DNA from: Alphaproteobacteria bacterium
Lineage (GTDB): Bacteria > Pseudomonadota > Alphaproteobacteria > Rs-D84
Assembly: GCA_017475605.1 (NCBI GenBank)
Contig: JAFVFD010000005.1
Coordinates: 1-32,000, forward strand
Direction of reading: 5' to 3'
Length of the DNA stretch: 32,000 bases
The position numbers and the translations under genes were made by a program. Positions 6,987 through 15,100 of the stretch are shown in pieces. Position 1 is the stretch's first letter. Each line of letters begins with the position of its first letter. The notes beneath the pieces are model-generated. The model ran no database searches. It saw only the letters and a list, made by a program, of their open reading frames with translations, and was not told where the DNA came from.

Positions 6987-7020
6987 CACATTCAGACTTA
7001 ATAAACATGGGGTAAATAAT

Positions 7021-9423
7021 ATGGCCGACGACATAAAGAAAATAATGGAACGCGAAGAAAAATGGCAACGCCGTTGGCGCGATGCGCGCGCATTTGTACC
7101 AAAAAACGACGGTTCAAAACCACGTTTTTATAATCTGGTGGAATTTCCGTTTTTGTCGGGCGCGGGGTTACATGCGGGCCATATGCTGATATATACAGGC
7201 ATGGACGTTATGTCGCGTTTTCGTCGCCATTTGGGATATGATGTTTTATTCCCCATGGGGTTTGATGCGATGGGTATTACCGCCGAACACTATGCGACAA
7301 AAATTGGTCGGCACCCTGCTGAAATCGCCACCGAATTAAAGAAATCTTATTCCGCCGTTATTGACCAGGCCGGTTGGTCGGTTGATCCGGAAACCCGCGT
7401 GGCCAGTTCGGACCCAGAATATATCAAATGGACACAGTGGATGTTCATTCAATTCTTTAATGCGGGATTGGCATATAAATCTGAATTGCCAATGAATTGG
7501 TGCCCCAATTGTAAAACAACATTAACAAACGAAGAATTGGAAGATGGCAAATGTAATCGTTGCCATGGCGACGTCGAAAAAAAATTGAAATTACAATGGA
7601 ATCTGCGCCTGTCGGACTATGCGGAAAAATTGTTGGACGGCTTACAAGATGTCGATTTTGATGAACGCATCAAAAAAGACGAAATCAATATGATTGGTAA
7701 ATCCACCGGGGCCGAGGTTGATTTTCGTGTTGGCGACGACATTATGACCATCTATACAACACGTGTTGATACGGTATTTGGTGTAACATTCTGTGTTATT
7801 GCGCCGGAACACGCATTGGTGCGCAAATGGTTGGATGCGGGCCTGATTAAGAACAAGGACGCGGTTGAAAGTTATATCAAGGCGTCTGCGGCAAAATCTG
7901 AAATTGAAAGAACAGATGCTTCACGTGAAAAGACCGGTGTTCAATTGATGGGAATAAACGCAATCAACCCATTTACCAATCAAGAAACCCCGGTGTTCGT
8001 TTCTGACTATGTATTGGCCGATTATGGTTTCGGGGCAATTATGGCGGTGCCAGCGCACGATTCACGCGATTGGGCATTTGCCAAAAAATTTGGCCTGCCG
8101 ATAATACCGGTGCTGGCGGGGGGCGATGTTGAAACCGCCGCATGGGAAGAAAACGGTGAACACATCAATTCTGGCTTCATGAACGGCATGAACAAAGAAG
8201 ATGCCATCGCGGCGGCGATTAAATACGGTTCTGAACATGGTTTCGCGCGTGCCGCGGTTAAATATAAATTAAAAGACTGGGGCTTTTCGCGCCAGATGTA
8301 TTGGGGCGAACCGATACCATTGGTCCATTGTGATAAATGCGGTTGGGTACCGGTGTCAGACGACGAATTGCCGGTTTTACAGCCATATATGACAGACTAT
8401 AAACCAACTGACAATGGGGAAAGCCCCCTGGCCCGCGCGACAGATTGGGTGAATACCACATGTCCAAAGTGTGGCGCACCGGCAAAACGCGAAACAGATA
8501 CTATGCCGGGTTGGGCGGGTTCATCGTGGTATTACCTGCGGTATTTGGACCCGAAAAACGATAAAGAGTTTTGTTCGCGCGAACAGATGGAAAACTGGAT
8601 GCCGGTGAATCACTATAACGGTGGCCACGAACACAATACGCGCCATTTGATTTATTCGCGATTCTGGCATCATGCGTTGTATGATTTGGGGCTGGTTAAC
8701 ACACCGGAACCATACGCAAAACGCACCGCCCAGGGACTGGTATTGGGTAATGACGGTTTCAAGATGTCTAAATCGCGTGGCAATGGATTCCAGGTGGCCG
8801 ACCTGCTTAACGAAGTTGGGGCGGACGTTGCGCGTGTAACGATTTTGTCGCTGGGGCCATGGAAAAACAACACCATGTGGAACGAAGGTGCCCTGGCGGG
8901 TGTTCAAAGATTCCTTAAACGCGTAGAAGGTTTTTCTGATAATTTAACCGACGATGCACTTACCCCGGACCAAGAACGACTGGTTAATAAACTTATCGCC
9001 GATGTTACGGACAGAATTACCAATATGGGATTTAATACGGCCATTTCCGCGATGATGGAATATCTGAATGCGTTTCCGGGCGGTAAAATGCCCCGCACCG
9101 CATACGTGGCATTGATTCAGATGCTGAACCCGTTTGCGCCACACCTTACCGAAGAAATGTGGGAAAAATTGGGTAATTCAAATATGCTGGTATTTGAACC
9201 ATGGCCGACATTTGACGAAACGAAGTTGGCGAAAACAGATATGACCATTGTTGTATCAATTAATGGTAAACGCGCAAATGATTTTGTTGTGCCGGTGGGG
9301 GCATCGGAATCTGAAATAACCGCGGCGGCTAAAACCGCGGCGGGCGCGAAACTGGACGGTGCAACGATAATTAAAACGATTGTGGTACCGAACAAGTTAG
9401 TGAATTTCGTGATAAAGAAATAA
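7021..9423 (+). CDS. leuS: Leucine--tRNA ligase
   Basis: 800 aa from MADDIKKIMEREEKWQRRW. HIGH-type motif GLHAGHM, KMSKS motif FKMSKSRGN, and a Cys cluster CPNCKTTL...CNRCHG. The track ORF from 6934 is an upstream in-frame extension. Confidence 0.95.
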   Translation: MADDIKKIMEREEKWQRRWRDARAFVPKNDGSKPRFYNLVEFPFLSGAGLHAGHMLIYTGMDVMSRFRRHLGYDVLFPMGFDAMGITAEHYATKIGRHPAEIATELKKSYSAVIDQAGWSVDPETRVASSDPEYIKWTQWMFIQFFNAGLAYKSELPMNWCPNCKTTLTNEELEDGKCNRCHGDVEKKLKLQWNLRLSDYAEKLLDGLQDVDFDERIKKDEINMIGKSTGAEVDFRVGDDIMTIYTTRVDTVFGVTFCVIAPEHALVRKWLDAGLIKNKDAVESYIKASAAKSEIERTDASREKTGVQLMGINAINPFTNQETPVFVSDYVLADYGFGAIMAVPAHDSRDWAFAKKFGLPIIPVLAGGDVETAAWEENGEHINSGFMNGMNKEDAIAAAIKYGSEHGFARAAVKYKLKDWGFSRQMYWGEPIPLVHCDKCGWVPVSDDELPVLQPYMTDYKPTDNGESPLARATDWVNTTCPKCGAPAKRETDTMPGWAGSSWYYLRYLDPKNDKEFCSREQMENWMPVNHYNGGHEHNTRHLIYSRFWHHALYDLGLVNTPEPYAKRTAQGLVLGNDGFKMSKSRGNGFQVADLLNEVGADVARVTILSLGPWKNNTMWNEGALAGVQRFLKRVEGFSDNLTDDALTPDQERLVNKLIADVTDRITNMGFNTAISAMMEYLNAFPGGKMPRTAYVALIQMLNPFAPHLTEEMWEKLGNSNMLVFEPWPTFDETKLAKTDMTIVVSINGKRANDFVVPVGASESEITAAAKTAAGAKLDGATIIKTIVVPNKLVNFVIKK

Positions 9424-9476
9424 AAAACAACCATCTACGCGTCAAAATCACCAACACAACTTATTGTGGTATATAC

Positions 9477-9505
9477 TTGACAAAAATACTTTTTTGGACT
9501 ATATT
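9477..9505 (+). promoter_or_regulatory. Candidate sigma70 promoter for the subtilase autotransporter
   Basis: TTGACA (9477-9482), 17-bp spacer, TATATT (9500-9505). GGAGGTG SD at 9514-9520. Confidence 0.55.
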
Positions 9506-9525
9506 TATAGTGTCGGAGGTGAGTA

Positions 9526-11403
9526 TTGAAACCACTGAATAAGATTTTTGCCGGAATTATGTGTGGCGTGCTGGGGATAAACAGCGCGATGGCTGCCGAT
9601 AATTGTACAAATATCGCATACAGAAATGCCCACCCGGAACGTTGTAAATATGCCGACGCGGCATCCAACGACAATACTTGGTTATGGTTGGGTGGTGGTG
9701 CGGCTGTCGCGGGTGGTATTGCCGCATTGGTTGGCATGGCATCTGGTGGCGGGTCGGGTTCATCGTCAAATGGGAACGGGGTTTCGACATCATCAACACA
9801 ATATGTACGCACAATCAACCCGACAATCATTACCCGCAACGGTGTCGCCCCAGACTTTTCAGGCACCGATTTATCGTCAATCACAAATACACGCGATTAT
9901 AAACGGAACGCATCCGCATATGATGATATACAATTGGCCTATTCCATCGCACGCGGATATACCGGGACCGGTTCCACAATTGCGGTTTTTGATACAGAAA
10001 TCACATCGCAATATTCACATGGGGCCGCGGTTTCACAGATTGCCAACGGACCAATCGCACCAAACGCAGTGGTTCACCACTATGCGATTGCGTCTGATAC
10101 CAAGACTTTTAAATCATATAATCAAATCGGTGCCATAATTAACGATGCCACACACGCAAATATCCACAACAATTCCTGGAATGTGTCATCGGTTTCCGCA
10201 GATATGATTAGTTCCCGTACACAATTTGCCGCACAAACCAGTCAAACTTTTGTGAATGCCTTATCAAATGCCGCGCAAAATGATGCTGTTTTAGTGTGGG
10301 CGGCCGGAAACGACGGCAACAGTCAAAGCGGTATGTTATCCGCCGCACCGCGCGTTATACCGGAATTAAACGGGCATTTCGTTAACGTCGTTGCGTGGGA
10401 TTCCCAAACACGCGCATTGGCGGAATACAGCAACGCGTGTGGTGTTACAAAAGATTATTGTATAACCGCACCGGGTGCAATTCAAACATCAAACGGATAC
10501 ACACATGTTGGGACATCTTTTGCCGCCCCGGTTGTATCCGCCGCCATCGCCGTTATCCGCGAAGCATGGCCATACCTGAACGCGACACAAATTACAGATA
10601 TTTTGTTTGAAACCGCCGCTGATTTGGGTGATGCCGGGGTTGATGAAATCTATGGCCATGGAATGCTTGATTTAGAAAACGCGACCCGTCCAGTTGGCGA
10701 ATTATCTATCGCGGTCGGCGACAATATGACACAACCGTTACAGACGGCCCAGGTGCCCGCAAACATCGCACGCAACATAGAATCTGCGAATCCAACAATG
10801 GCATTTTTTGATGCGTATGGGCGCGCATATGAAACACGTGTCGCAGATAACATTTCCGCACGCAATCGTGGGTTGGGATTTGAACGTCTGCGCGGCGATG
10901 ATGCCCGCATGAAAATAAATATGGGTTCGTTGGAAATGGGTTTCTATCACAGCGACATGTTAAATGCCACTGGATTCCTGCAAACAGACGAAGACACAAC
11001 TGTAAGTTATGTTGCCTTGAATCATTCGTTTAATTTGGGTAACTTTGAATTATTTACGCGTTCCCAGTTTGGCACCACACACCCGATTGCATCATCTGAA
11101 TCAATCGTGTCTGAATATTCCAACCTTTATACCGCATCGGCGATGGTTGGGTTACGTGGCGACAAATGGTCTTTTTCGGTTGGTGTACCGGAAACAATCG
11201 TTCGTGGCGATATGAATTTACATACGGCAATCGGTCGTCGTAATGACGGTGCGATTATTTATCACGATTATAAAATCGGAATGGCAACCACACCGTCAAT
11301 TGAATATACAGCAAACTATGGCTTTTTAACGGCCGGGTTTGTTGATAATCCATATGGCGACGACGAATTTTACGTATTTGCCAAAACAAAACTTAGTTTC
11401 TAA
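9526..11403 (+). CDS. Subtilase (peptidase S8) autotransporter
   Basis: 625 aa, TTG start with a strong SD. Signal peptide ...GINSAMA. Gly/Ser linker. Catalytic motifs AVFDTEI (Asp), SHGAAVSQIA (His), NNSWN (Asn) and GTSFAAPVVSAAIAVI (Ser). The C-terminal ~250 aa have alternating beta-strand character and end ...FAKTKLSF (terminal Phe). Confidence 0.88.
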   Translation: MKPLNKIFAGIMCGVLGINSAMAADNCTNIAYRNAHPERCKYADAASNDNTWLWLGGGAAVAGGIAALVGMASGGGSGSSSNGNGVSTSSTQYVRTINPTIITRNGVAPDFSGTDLSSITNTRDYKRNASAYDDIQLAYSIARGYTGTGSTIAVFDTEITSQYSHGAAVSQIANGPIAPNAVVHHYAIASDTKTFKSYNQIGAIINDATHANIHNNSWNVSSVSADMISSRTQFAAQTSQTFVNALSNAAQNDAVLVWAAGNDGNSQSGMLSAAPRVIPELNGHFVNVVAWDSQTRALAEYSNACGVTKDYCITAPGAIQTSNGYTHVGTSFAAPVVSAAIAVIREAWPYLNATQITDILFETAADLGDAGVDEIYGHGMLDLENATRPVGELSIAVGDNMTQPLQTAQVPANIARNIESANPTMAFFDAYGRAYETRVADNISARNRGLGFERLRGDDARMKINMGSLEMGFYHSDMLNATGFLQTDEDTTVSYVALNHSFNLGNFELFTRSQFGTTHPIASSESIVSEYSNLYTASAMVGLRGDKWSFSVGVPETIVRGDMNLHTAIGRRNDGAIIYHDYKIGMATTPSIEYTANYGFLTAGFVDNPYGDDEFYVFAKTKLSF

Positions 11404-12028
11404 GACCATCATTAGCTTTTATCACCACATCTGGTTTTAATTCGTTAACTAAAACAAATTTGTGTAATGTATCACGATGTACGTGTAACCGACGAGCCAG
11501 CACACTCTGTTTGACCCCCGATTCCAATTTTTCAGCAATGTATTTTTCGTGTCCGATCAATTTACACGCAGGTGTTGAATCAACTGGCCGTCCCAACTGT
11601 TTGCCTTCGGATTTGATACGCGCCAGGGCTTCCTTGGTTCGTTGCGATATAAGGTTGCGTTCAATTTCCGCCGACAACCCAAACGCAAAGGCCAAAACCT
11701 TGCTGGTAATATCGGCCCCTAACCTGTAATTATCCTTGATTGTCCATATTTTAGCCCCAACATCCATACAGTGATGCAGAATACTCATAATCTGTAACAA
11801 ATTACGCCCCAAACGCGATAATTCAGATGCAATTATCATATCATCTTTGCCGATATGTTTAAGCAATCGTCCCAGCTTTCGCTTGTCCAGGGCCTTGGTC
11901 GCAGAAATTGTTTCTTCTATCCAACGTTCAACCCGCAGATTATTTTTTTCACAAAAGTTGTTAATTTCAAACCGTTGATTTTCGGTTGTTTGGTGGTCTG
12001 TCGACACACGTATATAGCCATATATCAT
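11393..12028 (-). CDS. Small serine recombinase (resolvase / Hin-type invertase family)
   Basis: 211 aa from MIYGYIRVSTDHQ (catalytic Ser in the RVS motif), then LSRLGRN, AEIERNLISQRTKEAL, GKQLGRP and a C-terminal HTH (SVLARRLHVHRDTLHKF). AAGGAG SD. The ORF-track N-terminal extension to 12094 is rejected. The 3' end overlaps the autotransporter 3' end by 11 nt. Confidence 0.9.
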   Translation of the reverse strand: MIYGYIRVSTDHQTTENQRFEINNFCEKNNLRVERWIEETISATKALDKRKLGRLLKHIGKDDMIIASELSRLGRNLLQIMSILHHCMDVGAKIWTIKDNYRLGADITSKVLAFAFGLSAEIERNLISQRTKEALARIKSEGKQLGRPVDSTPACKLIGHEKYIAEKLESGVKQSVLARRLHVHRDTLHKFVLVNELKPDVVIKANDGLRN

Positions 12029-12135
12029 TTTATACTCCTTTGTTTCTTGGCAAATACATGAGTCTTTTTCTCCGAATCCAACCCTTCGAAACAATTGTAC
12101 GACGACCCACCAACTTCTTTTTTGATAAATAAAAC

Positions 12136-12164
12136 TTGTGTTTTAGCGATTTGCTTTCTATGAT
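12136..12164 (+). promoter_or_regulatory. Weak candidate promoter for the A2M-pbpC operon
   Basis: TTGTGT (12136-12141), 17-bp spacer, TATGAT (12159-12164). Confidence 0.3.
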
Positions 12165-12191
12165 GTACCCGATGGATATGGGAGATTTTCA

Positions 12192-15100
12192 GTGAAAGGA
12201 AAAAAGCAATCTTTTTTTAGACGCAATTGGTATATATTTTTGGGGATTTTCTGCGTAATTTGTATGATTTGCGCAATCGCATTTACTGTATCCGAACACA
12301 AAGAACGGGCCAAATTTATAATGGATGCCCCCACCCCTGCGCATGCTGAATTTACAGATAATAATTATATTGATTTTACATCTGGTCCGGACGTAATTGA
12401 TGTTAATAACAACCGAAACCTTAACGACACAGAACCACTAACCATACGCTATCGTTGGGAATCGGGCCCGTACGAGCCGGCATTCAAAATGGATGCTACA
12501 AATGCGGACATTTCAAAAAATGTTAAAATAAGCCCCTATTTACGTGGTACATGGTCGCGGGTTAATTCGGACACGATTCGTTTTATGCCTGAATCTGATT
12601 GGCCTGCGGACACATCTTTTACTGTAAAAATCGGCCACAAAATATTAACTAGTGATATTCGTGTTAATACACGCAATGTATCCTTTACCACACCTAAAAT
12701 TATTACAAAAATCGAAAAGTTTGATGTAATTCCAGACAAATCGCACAAGGGGCATGTAATTGGTGTTGCTGTTTTATCGTTCAATTACCCAATTGATACC
12801 AATGGTTTTAGCAATCGCGTTACAATTAAGCGCGGTCTGCACAGGGTTCCTTTTTCGGTCCGGTTTGACCGATTTGCCCGTACCGCAATTATAACAACGG
12901 AACCAATTGCGGTTGACGATTCAACACATACACTGCGGTTAAAAGTTAATAAAATACCGGCCGAGACATCAGATACAGAAACCAAAAAAGTAAGTGCAAC
13001 CACAATGATTGAATCTGTGGACAACCTGTTCAAGATTTCTGATTTACAATCCGTCGCCGCTGATGATGTGCGTGGCAACGCCCAACAATTGATTTTGGTT
13101 AATATGACAACTGCCGCCGCAGACAATACAAATTGGCCGACCAAGGTGGAAGCATACCTTTTGCCGAAACACAATGGCGACGAAGACGAAACCGAATCGC
13201 ACCCCTGGGCAACTGATGAAATAAGCGATACCGTTTTATCAAATTCTAAAAAACTGGTATTAAAACCAACAAACTTTGCTAACCCGATTGGTGTATATCA
13301 ATATGCGTTCGCCTATGATGTATCAGACAGTGTCGCGCGTTATATTTATGTTCGTGTCCAGGGTGGCATTGAATCGAATGCCGGATTTGTATTAAAGAAT
13401 GGTGTTGCCCGCGTATTACCTGTCGCATATCCGGAAAAGACTGTAAAAATTGCAGGCACCGGCGCATTGTTATCTTTGGCGGGCGATAAAAAGTTGGGCA
13501 TTATGGCACGCGGTGGTGCCGATGCCGCATATGTCAATTTGTACAAGGTAAAATCCAGTGAAATCAACCACCTTATTACACAAACATTTGATTTGTTTTC
13601 GTCCAACATAGATTTCAAAACATGGGCATTTAATGAATATGATATGGCATCTGTATTCAGAAAGCGTATCGCCTTTTCGGATACATCTATGAATAAAACA
13701 AATTATGCGTCTGTTGATCTGGGCGACTATTTGGATCGTGGTACAACCGATAAAACAGGAATCTTTATCGTTCAAACTGGCGCATCTGAATCAAGTGCTA
13801 ATTTCAGCGACCGCCGTTTAATATTACTTACCAATTTGGGAATTATTCGTAAAATTGCGCTGGATTCCACGTCCTCTTTGTTCATATCAACAATAAACGA
13901 CGGAATGCCGGCCGCCGATATTGAAATATCTGTACTGGGGCGCAACGGTAATGCCATTTGGGCGGGGCGCACAGATTCAAACGGGTTTATTGAATTACCA
14001 AAATTCGCATGGTCTGAATACAAAAACGAACGCGAACCAGTTGCAATTGTTGCGCGCACCGGTGATGATGTTTCGTTCATTCCGTATGATTCATATGAAA
14101 CACATGTAGATTATTCTAAATTTGATATTGATGGTGCCTTTGTGTCCGGCGAAACACCCATGAACGCATATATGTTTTCGGATCGTGGTATATATCGTCC
14201 GGGCGAAAATGCTATTATTGGCGGTATCATTAAAAATAAAAAGTTCACAAAATTATCAAATGTTCCGGTAAAAATTGAAATAACCGATTCCCGCGAACGC
14301 ACGATATACGAAGAAACCCTGTCGGTTGCATCGGACGGAATGTTTGATGTACGGTTTGACATATCTGATACGGCCCCAATCGGCGAATATACGGCGCGCC
14401 TTTATATGTTGGGGGCAAAAAACAAAGTCCAAGATATGATTGGCACAACTACATTCCGCGTCCAAGAATTCACACCAGACAACCTTAAAATCGGGGCAAC
14501 TATTGTTGGCGCAACTGAAAATGGTTGGATATCACCGAATAATATGGTCGCAAACATTACATTACACAACCTTTTTGGGACACCGGCAACTGACCGCCGC
14601 ATATCCGCCCAGGCGACACTGCGCCCGACGGACTTTACATTCCCAGAATACAAAAATTATACATTTACACCGAACTTTATGACCGGGGCGGGCATGTCTG
14701 CAAACGCGGCAAAACGCGCCCAGACCTTTACGGTTGACCTTGCTGATGCGAAAACAGATGCGAATGGGAACGCAACTTTTGATATCAAGTTCAACAACAA
14801 TATTCCAAACGGAACATACCTTATGACATTGAACATTAATGGGTTCGAAGGTGCATCTGGTACCGGGGTTCAGACAACTATTACCGCGCGGGTATCAAAC
14901 GCAAAATACCTGGTGGGATATCATGCTAATTCCAACCTGGGCTATGTATCACGCGACGATATGCGAACGGTAAAATTAATCGCGATTGATTCAGACGGCA
15001 AACCAACAAACACTGAAAAATTAAAACTGCGCACCGTTCATCGCGAAAACCTGACCAGTCTGATAAAAGATTATAATGACTATTATAAATATCAGACAAT

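Noticed and set aside
6934-7020. Upstream in-frame extensions offered by the ORF track: leuS from 6934, cytidylyltransferase to 4229, recombinase to 12094, OMP from 28504, small Cys-rich gene to 5612.
   Set aside because: The conserved N-termini and Shine-Dalgarno sequences sit at the internal starts (7021, 4124, 12028, 28705, 5591). The extensions overlap neighbouring genes or promoters.
6629-7020. A T-box or leucine leader-peptide attenuator upstream of leuS, and likewise upstream of trpS at 3625-3704.
   Set aside because: No specifier or T-box conserved sequence is present, and I found no short Leu- or Trp-rich leader ORF.
9435-9884. 149-aa minus-strand ORF rich in Pro/Ala, and similar long antisense ORFs (4015-4713, 1791-2243, 20534-21004, 20997-21443, 23644-24051, 19821-20282, 17471-17881).
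   Set aside because: Each lies entirely antisense to, or out of frame within, a gene with strong motif support. They lack an SD or signal features, and their composition mirrors the opposite strand, so they are shadow ORFs.
12102-12127. TTTTTGATAA upstream of the recombinase is identical to the right half of Salmonella hixL. Similar GTTGATAA / TTATCAAA strings occur at 11337-11348 and 13236-13247.
   Set aside because: Only one half-site matches at each place, and the partner halves are poor (about 5-7 of 12). The strong halves at 11337 and 12118 are in direct, not inverted, orientation. Such A/T-rich 8-10-mers are expected by chance in this sequence.
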